A stretch of DNA of 64,000 nucleotides from Candidatus Omnitrophota bacterium. GTDB lineage: Bacteria; Omnitrophota; Gorgyraeia; Zapsychrales; Fredricksoniimonadaceae. Positions within the stretch are counted from its first letter, which is position 1; every line of letters starts with the position of its first letter. Shown here in pieces: positions 47,078-57,208 of the stretch. The notes beneath the pieces are model-generated. The model was not told the origin of the DNA and ran no database searches. It saw only the letters and a list, made by a program, of their open reading frames with translations. The position numbers and the translations under genes are program-made. Location: NCBI GenBank assembly GCA_903861305.1, contig CAIOTT010000049.1, forward strand, positions 4,265 through 68,264. Direction: 5' to 3'.

Positions 47078-48891
47078 AAGTACTCAGGAAGACATTTGTT
47101 TTATTGACCATTGGAGAGACCGGCCGCCTGTATTGGCTGATCGCGGCTGTGGTTGTCATGGGGCTTCTGGATATGGTGGGGGTTGCTTCAATTTTTCCGT
47201 TCTTGAGCGTTGTTTCCAATCCCGATATGATCCAGAAAAGCAGTAAGTTGAAGCTGGTTTATGACCGGCTTGGATTTACAGACCAGGATACTTTCCTGAT
47301 TGCCTTGGGAGCATTCGCTTTTCTTGTTTTGCTTTTTGGAAATATCTGTCGTTCCGCGACAACTATGGCCATGGTCAGGTTCGGGCATCAGAAGCGGTAT
47401 ATAATATCTAGAAAGCTTTTGTCGCATTATCTTTATGAGCCGTATGTTTTCTTTCTCAACCGCAACAGTGCCGAGCTAGTCCAGTACCTACTCTCCGAAG
47501 TTGGGCGACTTGTGACGGGTGTTCTGATCCCCTGCATGCAGGTCTTTGCCCGGAGCATCGCGGTGATACTGATCATTATTGTCCTCTTCGTTGTTAATCC
47601 GCTGGTGGCGGTCTGCGTCATAGGGCTCGTTGGAGGAGGTTACGGGGTTATTTACGCGTTTGTCAGGAAAAGGCTTTCCAAGGTCGGGAAAAAACATTTG
47701 ACGTACAGCCGGCAGATCGTAAAAGCCCTGTATGAAGCTTTTGGCGGGATCAAGGACATCAAGCTTTATGGCAAGGAGCAGGTATTTATTGAAAGGTACT
47801 CGAGGCCGGCCAGGGATGTGATCGACTGCTATTGCTGGCAATTCTTTGTGGAGGTCTTCCCCCGGTACGCCTTCGAGACCATTTCGTTCGGAGCGATATT
47901 GTTCATAACAGTTTACACTGTTGTTATCCGGAAAGAGCATCAGCTGGTGGTGCCGCTGGTCGGTTTGTACGCCTTGGCCGCGTACAGATTCATGCCTTCC
48001 TTGCAGCAAATATACCAGGATATCACCAACATACGGGCTTCTTTGCCGTCACTGGAAATGGTTTACCGTGATTTTATCAATTGTTCAGGAAAATTTGAAA
48101 GTAAGGTTAAGCTCCCTGCACTGCCGATGCTTTTCGCGAAAACGATCGAATTGCGTGCGGCAGCATATCAGTATCCCATGGCCCAGAAACCCGTGATCGA
48201 GGGCTTAAGCCTGGTTATCCAGGCGAACACGACCGTGGGGCTCGTCGGGGGGTCCGGGGCCGGCAAAACCACTGTGGTCGATATTTTGCTTGGTTTGCTG
48301 CGCCCCCGGGAAGAAAGTCTGTGGGTCGATGGCCGTGTGATCAATGATGACAACCTGCATTTGTGGCAGGCCAATATTGGTTATGTCCCGCAGCAAATAT
48401 ATTTATGTGATGACACCGTGACGAACAACATAGCTTTCGGGGTGCCCGAGGAGGAGATCGATCACAAGGCGGTCCAGCGAGCGGCGACGCTGGCCAATAT
48501 CCATGATTTCATTGTCCATGAACTTCCCAGGGGGTATGAGACCGAAGTGGGGGAGCGCGGCATCCGCTTGAGCGGCGGGCAGCGGCAGAGGATCGGTATC
48601 GCCCGGGCGTTGTACCATGATCCTTCCTTGCTTGTATTCGACGAAGCTACCAGTGCTCTCGACGGGATCACCGAAGACATCATCCTGGAGGCGATACATC
48701 AGCTGGCGCACACGAAGACGATCATCATCATCGCCCACCGGATCAGCACGGTCAAGGAGTGCGATGTGATCTATATGCTGGAAAAGGGAAGGGTTGCGGG
48801 AGAAGGGACTTACGCGCAGCTCATTCAGAGCAGTGAGCAATTCCGTAAGATGGCCAAAGTCGATCTGGCCGGCCAGGCGCCGGGCCATTAA
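47071..48891 (+). CDS. Fused TMD-NBD ABC exporter (MsbA/PglK-like)
   Basis: Six TM helices at the N-terminus, Walker A GGSGAGKTT, signature LSGGQRQR and Walker B LLVFDEATSALD. Confidence 0.9.
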   Translation: MLKVLRKTFVLLTIGETGRLYWLIAAVVVMGLLDMVGVASIFPFLSVVSNPDMIQKSSKLKLVYDRLGFTDQDTFLIALGAFAFLVLLFGNICRSATTMAMVRFGHQKRYIISRKLLSHYLYEPYVFFLNRNSAELVQYLLSEVGRLVTGVLIPCMQVFARSIAVILIIIVLFVVNPLVAVCVIGLVGGGYGVIYAFVRKRLSKVGKKHLTYSRQIVKALYEAFGGIKDIKLYGKEQVFIERYSRPARDVIDCYCWQFFVEVFPRYAFETISFGAILFITVYTVVIRKEHQLVVPLVGLYALAAYRFMPSLQQIYQDITNIRASLPSLEMVYRDFINCSGKFESKVKLPALPMLFAKTIELRAAAYQYPMAQKPVIEGLSLVIQANTTVGLVGGSGAGKTTVVDILLGLLRPREESLWVDGRVINDDNLHLWQANIGYVPQQIYLCDDTVTNNIAFGVPEEEIDHKAVQRAATLANIHDFIVHELPRGYETEVGERGIRLSGGQRQRIGIARALYHDPSLLVFDEATSALDGITEDIILEAIHQLAHTKTIIIIAHRISTVKECDVIYMLEKGRVAGEGTYAQLIQSSEQFRKMAKVDLAGQAPGH

Positions 48892-48911
48892 TTCTAAAAA
48901 GGGGGGGATGG

Positions 48912-49889
48912 ATGGGTATTGACAGCATCATTCGTTCAAAGCCGGTCCTATGGAAAGCATCCGTCAGTGTGCTTATGTTCTTGCGCCGTTCAACGGTCGA
49001 TGCCGCGCTCTTTATCATGAAGGGGCTGGGGTGGATGTGCGAGGCCGTCGGCCGGGGCGCCAGGCTAAGGGTCCTTTTCGATCATTGGTGCGATGATTTT
49101 TACCTGCGCCGTGACAGGTCGCAGGCGCTCGCGGGGATATTGAAAGATAAAGTCGTGCACCTGGATGTCGGCGCAAGCGGGGGGCTGATGCCCGTTGCCA
49201 GGAAATACGCCGGGTTCCTCGATGTTATCCTGTGCGAGCCAGATGCCGAAGAGAGCGCCGCCCTTCGGGCCAAGGGATTTGTCACCATTGACAGGCCGTT
49301 GTACCGGGAGCCGCGAAAAGTACCGTTCTTTGAGACGAAAATGCTGGAAGGAAGCTCGATCTACAAGCCATTGGGGCCGTATATGGATTTTTATAATTCC
49401 GACCCCGCGTACCTTGATCTTTACAGGACGGTCAAGACGCATGAATTTGATTGTTCCACCATTGCCATCGAGCTGAAGCGCCTGGGGATCCCGGCACTGG
49501 ATTTCCTTAAGATCGACACGCAGGGGGCGGAGCTCGATATTGTAAAAGGCCTGGGGGACTATCGTCCGCTGATCATTTTTGCAGAGCTTCAATATCTGCC
49601 CATGTATGAAGGATGCCCGACGGCATTCCAGGTGTGCGACCATCTTTACGGCCTGGGGTATATCCCCGCATTTTTAACTTCCCATCCGACGCGCGCGAAC
49701 TGCACCGTATGGGGCGACGGCCTTTTCATGCCCAGCTGGGTCGACCCCCGGGGCGTCAACATGATATTGGCCCGTGAAGAGAAATATATCGCCCTCATGA
49801 TGATGTTCGGGCAGATCGAGGTGCTGAAATTCGTGGCTGAGAAACTTCAATTGAAGAATCGCGATTTTATTAAACGGCAGCGCATATAA
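48912..49889 (+). CDS. FkbM family methyltransferase
   Basis: LDVGASGG and FLKIDTQGAELDIVKG blocks are typical of FkbM. Confidence 0.7.
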   Translation: MGIDSIIRSKPVLWKASVSVLMFLRRSTVDAALFIMKGLGWMCEAVGRGARLRVLFDHWCDDFYLRRDRSQALAGILKDKVVHLDVGASGGLMPVARKYAGFLDVILCEPDAEESAALRAKGFVTIDRPLYREPRKVPFFETKMLEGSSIYKPLGPYMDFYNSDPAYLDLYRTVKTHEFDCSTIAIELKRLGIPALDFLKIDTQGAELDIVKGLGDYRPLIIFAELQYLPMYEGCPTAFQVCDHLYGLGYIPAFLTSHPTRANCTVWGDGLFMPSWVDPRGVNMILAREEKYIALMMMFGQIEVLKFVAEKLQLKNRDFIKRQRI

Positions 49890-49947
49890 GACAATCCATA
49901 TGCCCTCGGGGAAAGAAACAATAACAGAGTTATTTTAGGAAAAGAAA

Positions 49948-51486
49948 ATGAAAACGACCTTAAAGATCCTTCTGGTGAACCCGACAAGGGTGGGCGCTGA
50001 CTCTTACAGCACCCCGCCTTTGCATCTGATGTACTTGAAAACAGCGTTTGCCGGCGTTGCCGGGATCTCTTGTGAGATCTTTGACGCGAGTTACCAGACT
50101 ATCCGGAAGTTGGGGGTCGCGCGTAATTTGTTCGGAGAGGTGCTGCTCAATAAAAAGCACGAGATCGAGGAAGAGTTGATCCGGGAGATCTGTTCCAAAG
50201 ATTTTGACATTCTTGGCATCGGTGGCATTGTGCCGTGTTTTCATTTTGCGGAACGTGTCGCTGTGGCGGCGGCCAAAGTCAGGCCCGAGGCCTGGATCGT
50301 TGTCGGTGGCGGGCTTGGTCTGCCCCTCAAGGAATTATGGGCGGGGATGCCTGTTCATTTCCTGGTCGAAGGGGATGGAGAGATATCCTTTTCACAGGTT
50401 GTCCAGGCGTATCCTGATCCCCAGAAAGCCCGCGCGGTGCGCGGGGTGCACAGTCGGGATAACGGGTCCTGGAAAGGCTCGGCGCCTGAACTTCCGGCGA
50501 ATCTCGATTATATCGGTTTTCCTGACTGGGACGATGTGGACCATGCGTATTTTATTGACATCATGCGGGAGTGGATGTTCGTGGCGATGCCGCAAGAATT
50601 CCATCCTGAACTGCGCAACGCACGATTGCTGCCTGTTGTTTTTTCGCGGGGATGTTCGTACCAGTGCACTTTTTGTTTTCATTTCAACCGGTTGCACCGT
50701 AAACATTCGGTTGAATATGTGATCCGTCATCTGAAACATCTCAAGGAAAAATACGGTATCAACATGGTCAACACCTGGGACGAGCTGATCGTTGCTGACC
50801 GCCGCTGGTTCCTCAAGCTGTGCCAGGCGCTTAAAGAAGAGAATTTAGGCATACGCCTGTTCATGGCCGGAGGAAAGCCCAATCTTATAGACCGGGAGAT
50901 GGTCCAGGCCATGAAAGAGGCAGGGGTCGTACGGATCAGCTATGGCACAGAGTCAGGAAGCCCGCGGATGCTTAAGATCATGAAAAAGATGGTGACTGTC
51001 GAGGAGAATCGTGAGGCGGTGAAGATCTCGATGGCGGGCGGCGTTTTTACTCATTTGAATATGGTTATTGGGATGCCGGGCGAAAATGAAGGAACCCTCG
51101 CGGAAACGAGAGGTTTCTTGTTGCAATTGCAGAAGGAAGCGGGGATCTCATCGCAGAACGTTTCGTTCGCTTTTGCGACGGCTTATCCGGGCACGGAGCT
51201 GTTCGATCAGGCGGTCAAGGCCGGGCTTGTTAAGGACCTGCGTTCGTATGTGATGGAATGCCGGGGGGTCGTGAGTTATTACCTGGACCTGTGCGGCATG
51301 GGCGAGCGGCGTTTGTGGCGGTTTATCGATGGCATCCAGATCGAAATGAATTTTCATGAATATCTGAAGAAATTCAAATGGAACAAGCTGAGTTCGCTCA
51401 TGTTTGTCCGTATCCCGAAATTCATGGTCAAATATTACCTTCCGGAATCATGGGGAAAGTATTTGCGTCGTAAACTTGGCCGGTAG
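49948..51486 (+). CDS. Cobalamin-binding (class B) radical SAM enzyme
   Basis: N-terminal KILLVNP..VEGDGE B12-binding-like domain and cluster motif SRGCSYQCTFC. Confidence 0.8.
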   Translation: MKTTLKILLVNPTRVGADSYSTPPLHLMYLKTAFAGVAGISCEIFDASYQTIRKLGVARNLFGEVLLNKKHEIEEELIREICSKDFDILGIGGIVPCFHFAERVAVAAAKVRPEAWIVVGGGLGLPLKELWAGMPVHFLVEGDGEISFSQVVQAYPDPQKARAVRGVHSRDNGSWKGSAPELPANLDYIGFPDWDDVDHAYFIDIMREWMFVAMPQEFHPELRNARLLPVVFSRGCSYQCTFCFHFNRLHRKHSVEYVIRHLKHLKEKYGINMVNTWDELIVADRRWFLKLCQALKEENLGIRLFMAGGKPNLIDREMVQAMKEAGVVRISYGTESGSPRMLKIMKKMVTVEENREAVKISMAGGVFTHLNMVIGMPGENEGTLAETRGFLLQLQKEAGISSQNVSFAFATAYPGTELFDQAVKAGLVKDLRSYVMECRGVVSYYLDLCGMGERRLWRFIDGIQIEMNFHEYLKKFKWNKLSSLMFVRIPKFMVKYYLPESWGKYLRRKLGR

Positions 51487-51496
51487 CGGAGAGGTT

Positions 51497-53650
51497 ATGG
51501 CAGACAGATCGAATAAAAAACGTATGTTGATCACCGGCGTGAGCGGCCTTCTGGGGAGCAACCTGGCGTTCTTTTTCAAGGACCATTATGACGTCGTTGG
51601 CGTTTTTCATGAACACGCCGTGGCGATGGAGGGCGTTGTGATGGCGCGTGCCGATCTCTGTTCATCGGCCGCTGTAAAAGCCCTGATCGTCCGCCATGAC
51701 CCTGACATTGTGATCCATTGCGCGGCGCAGGCGAATGTGGATGCCTGTGAGGATGACCCGAAGGCGGCACAACGGCAGAATGTGAGGATGACGGAGCATA
51801 TTGTTCAGGCTTTAGGCGGTAAAAGAACAAAACTTGTTTTTATTTCAACAGACCTGGTTTATGGGACTTCTTCAAGGCCGCATAAGGAAGATGAGCCCCT
51901 TTCGCCTTGCAACGAGTACGGGCGCACAAAAGTTTTGGCTGAAAAGGCGGTCCTTAAAAGGAAGAACTCTCTTGTTTTGAGGACCAACTTCTTTGGATGG
52001 AGTGTCGGTGAAAAAAAGAGCCTCGGAGAATGGGTCATTGAGTCGTTGAGCCGTAATGATCCTATCCGCGGTTTTACCGACGTTCATTTCTCCGCGCTTT
52101 ACACGTTTGATCTGGCGAATATCCTGGACCAGTGTTTGAAGCAAAATGTATCGGGAGTATATAACCTTGGCGCTAGAACATCATTGTCCAAATACACGTT
52201 CCTCGAGAAGATCGCCTCGGCGCTGGGACTGGATGTGTCGCTGATCAACAAGATATCGGTGGACGATTCTCCGTTGCGGGCGCCGCGTAATAAGAACACG
52301 GTCCTTGATGTTCACAAGATCTCATCAGCCCTCGGCATTGTATTGCCGACCGCGGAGGATTCTTTGACAAACTTTGTTGCCCATTATCGCAAAGGGATGC
52401 ACCGCGTCCTGACGGGGAGGGAGGCTTGCTATCCTCAGCTCGATCATATCCCTTATGGCAGGCAGTGGATCGATGATGATGATATTGACGCGGTGGTTCA
52501 GGTCCTGAAATCTCCCAATCTGACCCAGGGCCCCAAGGTCATAGAGTTTGAATATGCCCTTTCGCAGCATGTGGGTGCGGGGTATGCCACGGTCTTTAAT
52601 TCCGGCACCTCAGCGCTTCATGCCGCTTGCCTTGCTATCGGCATAGGGAAGGGGGATGAAGTCATTACGACCCCCAATACTTTTGTGGCTTCGGCGAATT
52701 GTGTTTTATATTGCGGGGGGACACCGGTCTTTGCGGATATCGAGACCGGAACTTATAATATTTCTCCTCGCGAGATCGAAAAAAAGATCACTCCCAGGAC
52801 AAAGGCCGTCATCCCCGTGCATTTTGCGGGCCAGAGCTGTGACATGCAGCGGCTGCAGGCTGTGGTACGCAGGAAAGAGGCTCAATACAACACCAGGATC
52901 TATATCCTTGAGGACGCGTGCCATGCGGCGGGATCTTCTTATAAGGGATCTCCCGTGGGCGGGTGCCGGTTCTCGGACATGGCTGTTTTCAGTTTTCATC
53001 CGGTTAAACAGATGACAACGGCTGAAGGCGGCGCTTTGCTGACGAATAATAAGGATATCTATCGCAAGGCCTGTTATTTCCGGTCTCACGGGATCACGGG
53101 TTTTCCCGAGGAGCTCGTTGACAAGCAAGAAGGATTTGAAGAAGTGCACGGGCACGGGCTCATGAAAAAGCTGTGGTATTACGAGCAGCTTCACCTGGGA
53201 TATAATTACCGCATGACCGATATCCAGTGCGCTTTGGGAATATCCCAGCTTCGTAAATTGGGCATGTTCCAGGAGCGGCGCCGGGAGATATGGAATGTGT
53301 ATAATCGCAGCTTTGAAAAGATCAAAGGGGCCAGGATCCCTTATGAAAGGCCGGATTGTGACAGCAATTTTCATCTTTATGTGCTTTTGATAGATTTTGA
53401 AGGTTTGGGCAGGACCCGGACCGAGGTCATGCTGGCCCTGAAGGACAAAGGTATCGGGACGCAGGTTCATTATATCCCTGTTTACAGCCATCCTTTTTAC
53501 AGCACGTATTCTTCCGCGTGCGTGCGGGACTGTCCGCAGATGGAGAAGTACTATAAAAAATGCCTTTCGCTGCCGCTTTTCCCGGCGATGACAGATAAGG
53601 ATGTCAACAGGGTGGTCGCGGCGGTCCACGAAGTCCTGGAAGGGCGTTGA
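51497..53650 (+). CDS. Fusion protein with an N-terminal RmlD-like sugar 4-reductase and a C-terminal DegT/PseC-type PLP sugar aminotransferase
   Basis: The N-terminal half has MLITGVSGLLGSN and YGRTK. The C-terminal half has IPYGRQWIDDDDIDAV, NSGTSALH and the PLP-Lys block SFHPVKQMTTAEGG. GGAGAGG lies upstream of ATG 51497, and the track extension from 51404 is rejected. Confidence 0.8.
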   Translation: MADRSNKKRMLITGVSGLLGSNLAFFFKDHYDVVGVFHEHAVAMEGVVMARADLCSSAAVKALIVRHDPDIVIHCAAQANVDACEDDPKAAQRQNVRMTEHIVQALGGKRTKLVFISTDLVYGTSSRPHKEDEPLSPCNEYGRTKVLAEKAVLKRKNSLVLRTNFFGWSVGEKKSLGEWVIESLSRNDPIRGFTDVHFSALYTFDLANILDQCLKQNVSGVYNLGARTSLSKYTFLEKIASALGLDVSLINKISVDDSPLRAPRNKNTVLDVHKISSALGIVLPTAEDSLTNFVAHYRKGMHRVLTGREACYPQLDHIPYGRQWIDDDDIDAVVQVLKSPNLTQGPKVIEFEYALSQHVGAGYATVFNSGTSALHAACLAIGIGKGDEVITTPNTFVASANCVLYCGGTPVFADIETGTYNISPREIEKKITPRTKAVIPVHFAGQSCDMQRLQAVVRRKEAQYNTRIYILEDACHAAGSSYKGSPVGGCRFSDMAVFSFHPVKQMTTAEGGALLTNNKDIYRKACYFRSHGITGFPEELVDKQEGFEEVHGHGLMKKLWYYEQLHLGYNYRMTDIQCALGISQLRKLGMFQERRREIWNVYNRSFEKIKGARIPYERPDCDSNFHLYVLLIDFEGLGRTRTEVMLALKDKGIGTQVHYIPVYSHPFYSTYSSACVRDCPQMEKYYKKCLSLPLFPAMTDKDVNRVVAAVHEVLEGR

Positions 53651-54522
53651 TCATGCCGCGCCTGGCCCTTGGGACCGTACAGTTCGGCCTGGATTACGGC
53701 GTGTCCAACAAGCGGGGCAGGATCCCGGCCGATGAAGCGTTCGCCATCCTCGACGAGGCCGGCCATGAGCATGGCCGGGTACTGGATACGGCTGCGGCTT
53801 ACGGGACGAGCGAAGATGTCCTGGGGGAGTATTTAGGCCGTCGGGAGACAGGGTTCAAGGTGGTTTCAAAGTATGCCGCTGAAAGGTCTGTTCCCGGAGG
53901 GTTGTTACAGCAGCTGGAAAGAACGCTGGAGCGGCTTGCCCAAAAAGACATTTACGGATACCTGCTGCACAGTTTTTCGGACCTTGAAAAAGTTCCTGGT
54001 GTGTGGGAAGAGATGATCCGCGTCAGGGAAACAGGCCTCGCGCAGAAGATAGGATTTTCTCTTTATTCTCCTGAAGAACTTGAAAGCCTTTTTCAAAAGG
54101 GGATATTGTTTGATATCGTCCAGGTGCCGCACAGTGTTTTTGACAGGAGGTTCGCCCCGTTTTTCGGGCGGTTGAAGGATAAGGGCGTGGAGATCCATAC
54201 GCGTTCGGTTTTTTTGCAGGGGCTTGCGTTCATGGGACCCAAAGGCTTGAGCGGCGTGCTTCAAGGCGCCGGGCCGGCGCTGGGTTCGCTTGCGGCGGTC
54301 GCCCGGGCAGAACGGATGACGGTGCAGGAACTTTGTCTGAGGTTCAGCGCCTCTGAGCCGCTGATCGATGAAGTGGTCGTAGGTGTTGACGGCCTGAAGG
54401 CATGGCAGGAAAATGTCAGATGTTTTTCTTCGGGGCCGTTGAGCAAGGGTATAGTGGCATCATTGGGAGCTGCGGCGATCAATGATGAAGAGATCTTACT
54501 TCCTTTTAGATGGGGAAAATGA
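53647..54522 (+). CDS. Aldo/keto reductase
   Basis: LALGTVQFG and LDTAAAYG..SE motifs. 4-nt overlap with the upstream gene. Confidence 0.8.
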   Translation: MIMPRLALGTVQFGLDYGVSNKRGRIPADEAFAILDEAGHEHGRVLDTAAAYGTSEDVLGEYLGRRETGFKVVSKYAAERSVPGGLLQQLERTLERLAQKDIYGYLLHSFSDLEKVPGVWEEMIRVRETGLAQKIGFSLYSPEELESLFQKGILFDIVQVPHSVFDRRFAPFFGRLKDKGVEIHTRSVFLQGLAFMGPKGLSGVLQGAGPALGSLAAVARAERMTVQELCLRFSASEPLIDEVVVGVDGLKAWQENVRCFSSGPLSKGIVASLGAAAINDEEILLPFRWGK

Positions 54523-55841
54523 GGCGTGTTATGACCAAAGGAACTGACTTGTGGAACAAGGCCAAGAAGATCATTCCCGGCGGGAATCAGCTTTTGTCAA
54601 AACGGGCTGAGATGTTCCTGCCGGAACACTGGCCCGCGTATTTCGAGAAGGCTAAGGGGGTTGTCGTTACGGATCTTGACGGCAAAAGTTATATTGACAT
54701 GAGCATCATGGGTATCGGCGCCTGCGTTCTGGGTTATGCCGAGAGCCGGATGGAGAAAAAGATCATCGATGCCGTGAAGCGCGGTGTCGCCAGCACGTTC
54801 AATGCGCCTGAAGAGGTGGCGTTGGCCGGGGAGTTGATCGCGTTACACCCGTGGGCCGGTATGGCCCGGTTCGCAAGGACAGGCGGCGAGGCGAATGCCG
54901 TGGCCGTGCGCATCGCGCGGGCGTTCACGAAGAAAGATAAGGTGGCGTTTTGCGGATATCACGGTTGGCATGACTGGTATCTTGCCGCCAATCTCGCGGA
55001 TGAAACAAGTCTTGATGGGCAGCTTTTGCCTGGGCTGAAGCCTGCGGGGGTCCCCCGCGCCTTGCGCGGCACTTCCATGCCTTTTACTTACGGGGACCTG
55101 GAAGGGTTTAAGAAGATCGTTGCCGCGCATCGTGATGAGCTTGGTGTGGTGATCATGGAGGTGGCGCGTCACGGTGAACCTGACCTTGCATTTCTCAAAG
55201 GTGTGCGGGATGCCACTCACGGGATCGGGGCAGTGCTGATCTATGATGAGATATCGTCGGGATTCCGCGTTAACATCGGCGGGATCCATATGAAGTACGG
55301 CCTTGAACCGGATATGGCAACTTTCGGCAAGGCTTTGGGCAACGGATACGCGATCGCGGCGATCCTGGGCCGCAGCCACGTGATGGAGGCGGCGCAGGGG
55401 TCATTCATCAGTTCGACGAATTGGACCGAAAGGATCGGTTTTGTCGCGGGGCTTGAGACCATTCGCCAGTACAAGGCGTACGGGGTCGCGGACGCCCTTG
55501 TGCGCACGGGGTTGGACATCCGCAAGAAACTGGGGGTCGTTATCGCGCGCAGCGGCCTGGATATCAGGGTCATCGGCCTTCCGTCGATTATCACACTGGT
55601 CATCAAGGAGCAGGAGTCTTTGCTCATCAAGACCTTGATCACCCAGGAAATGATGAAGCGGGGCTTTCTGGCGTCGAATATCATCTATGTGACCAGGGCG
55701 CACACGCCGCGGGTCGTCAACAGTTACGTGAATGCGCTGGGCGATGTGCTGATGGAAATAGCCGGAGCGGTCAAACAGGGAACGGCCCGGCAACTCCTCG
55801 AAGGCCCGGTGTGCCATTCGGGGTTTGCACGGCTGAATTAG
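54510..55841 (+). CDS. Class III PLP aminotransferase, glutamate-1-semialdehyde aminomutase-like
   Basis: GGEANAVAVRIAR, the YDEISSGFR motif, and the PLP-Lys block TFGKALGNGY. The start could instead be ATG 54531. Confidence 0.8.
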   Translation: MGKMRRVMTKGTDLWNKAKKIIPGGNQLLSKRAEMFLPEHWPAYFEKAKGVVVTDLDGKSYIDMSIMGIGACVLGYAESRMEKKIIDAVKRGVASTFNAPEEVALAGELIALHPWAGMARFARTGGEANAVAVRIARAFTKKDKVAFCGYHGWHDWYLAANLADETSLDGQLLPGLKPAGVPRALRGTSMPFTYGDLEGFKKIVAAHRDELGVVIMEVARHGEPDLAFLKGVRDATHGIGAVLIYDEISSGFRVNIGGIHMKYGLEPDMATFGKALGNGYAIAAILGRSHVMEAAQGSFISSTNWTERIGFVAGLETIRQYKAYGVADALVRTGLDIRKKLGVVIARSGLDIRVIGLPSIITLVIKEQESLLIKTLITQEMMKRGFLASNIIYVTRAHTPRVVNSYVNALGDVLMEIAGAVKQGTARQLLEGPVCHSGFARLN

Positions 55842-55871
55842 CTTTTATAGTTTGTTTGAAGGGGGTTGAAC

Positions 55872-56453
55872 ATGGCGATCATGGGTGATGTAACGGGAGA
55901 CCGGATACGTTTGTCAGCGCTTGATCCGGAACGCCTTTCACCGGAGTACGCCCTCTGGATGAAGGATCCGGATGTCCTGCAGTTTCTGGCGGAACCCGCC
56001 GGAGATTATTCTCCCGGCGCGTTGCGGGAATATGTTCGTCGCATGAACGCGAGCCCGGCGGATCATTTTTCGGGAATATTCCTTAATGCCACAGGAGAGC
56101 ATATCGGCAATATCAAGATCGGCAGCGTGCATCCGTATCACCGTCGTGCCGATATCGGGCTTCTTGTCGGAGCCAAAAAAATGTGGGGGCAGGGGTTCGG
56201 GACCGAGGCGCTTTTTCTTGCCACGCGTTATGCCCTGGCAGAGCTTGGATTGAACAAGCTTTACGCGGGGATCCTGGTCACGAATACAGCATCACGCCGG
56301 GCATTTTCCAAGGTAGGCTACCGCGAAGTTGGGATCTATGAACGTCACTGGCGCCTGGGCGATGAGTACGTTGATGCGGTCCTTGTAGAATGCTGCGCAC
56401 CTTTCCGGGCGGAGCTTTCTAAGAGGCCGAAGGAAACGGGGGGAAGGCCATGA
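55872..56453 (+). CDS. GNAT family N-acetyltransferase (PseH/RimL-like)
   Basis: The acetyl-CoA binding-like block is WGQGFGTEA within a RimL-type layout. ATG 55872 is preceded by GAAGGGGG, and the track start 55866 is TTG. Confidence 0.7.
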   Translation: MAIMGDVTGDRIRLSALDPERLSPEYALWMKDPDVLQFLAEPAGDYSPGALREYVRRMNASPADHFSGIFLNATGEHIGNIKIGSVHPYHRRADIGLLVGAKKMWGQGFGTEALFLATRYALAELGLNKLYAGILVTNTASRRAFSKVGYREVGIYERHWRLGDEYVDAVLVECCAPFRAELSKRPKETGGRP

Positions 56454-57205
56454 TCGGAGCGGTGATCCAGGCAAGGATGAATTCCAGCAGGCTTCCAGGG
56501 AAAGTGTTGCGGAAAGTTGCAGGCAGGCCTTTATTGGAGTTCTTACTGGAACGGCTGGCGGCATCGCAACGCATTGAAAAGATCGTTCTCGCTACGTCAC
56601 TGGAGCATGATGACAATGAGATCGCCGCTTGCGGCGGTTCGTTTGGTGTTCCTGTTTACAGAGGTTCCCAGGAAGATGTTCTGGATCGTTTCTACCAGGC
56701 GGCACAGAAGCATGATATGGAACATGTTGTGCGCCTTACGGGAGATTGCCCTTTGATCGACCCGGGCATATGCGACAGGCTTATTGACTTTTATTTGGAC
56801 CGAAAGGTTGATTACGCGGCATTGTCTCCAGGATTTGCGGAAGGATTGGACTGTGAAGTCGTGTCATTTGCAGCGCTTGCGCGATCGCATCGCGAGGCTG
56901 AATTGCGCTCTGAGCGTGAGCATGTGACCTTGTATGTCCGCAATCACCCTGAATTCTTTTCTTCGCTTCGACTTGAGAATAATGTGGATGACAGCAGGTT
57001 TCGGGTGACGGTGGATGACCCTGAAGATCTTGAGGTAGTATCGGCGGTAATAAGCCATTTTGCGGCCTTGAGCGGGCGGTGTGACGCGCCGTGGCAGCAG
57101 GTAAAGGCTTTCCTGGCGCAGCATCCGCATATCGCGGCGATCAACGCCCATATTGAGCGCAATGAAGGGTTGAGAATATCGCTGGCTAACGATGGGAAGG
57201 CGTAA
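56450..57205 (+). CDS. Sugar cytidylyltransferase (SpsF/acylneuraminate cytidylyltransferase family)
   Basis: MIGAVIQARMNSSRLPGKVL N-terminal motif and a RLTGDCPLIDP block. Confidence 0.75.
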   Translation: MIGAVIQARMNSSRLPGKVLRKVAGRPLLEFLLERLAASQRIEKIVLATSLEHDDNEIAACGGSFGVPVYRGSQEDVLDRFYQAAQKHDMEHVVRLTGDCPLIDPGICDRLIDFYLDRKVDYAALSPGFAEGLDCEVVSFAALARSHREAELRSEREHVTLYVRNHPEFFSSLRLENNVDDSRFRVTVDDPEDLEVVSAVISHFAALSGRCDAPWQQVKAFLAQHPHIAAINAHIERNEGLRISLANDGKA

Positions 57206-57208
57206 CAC

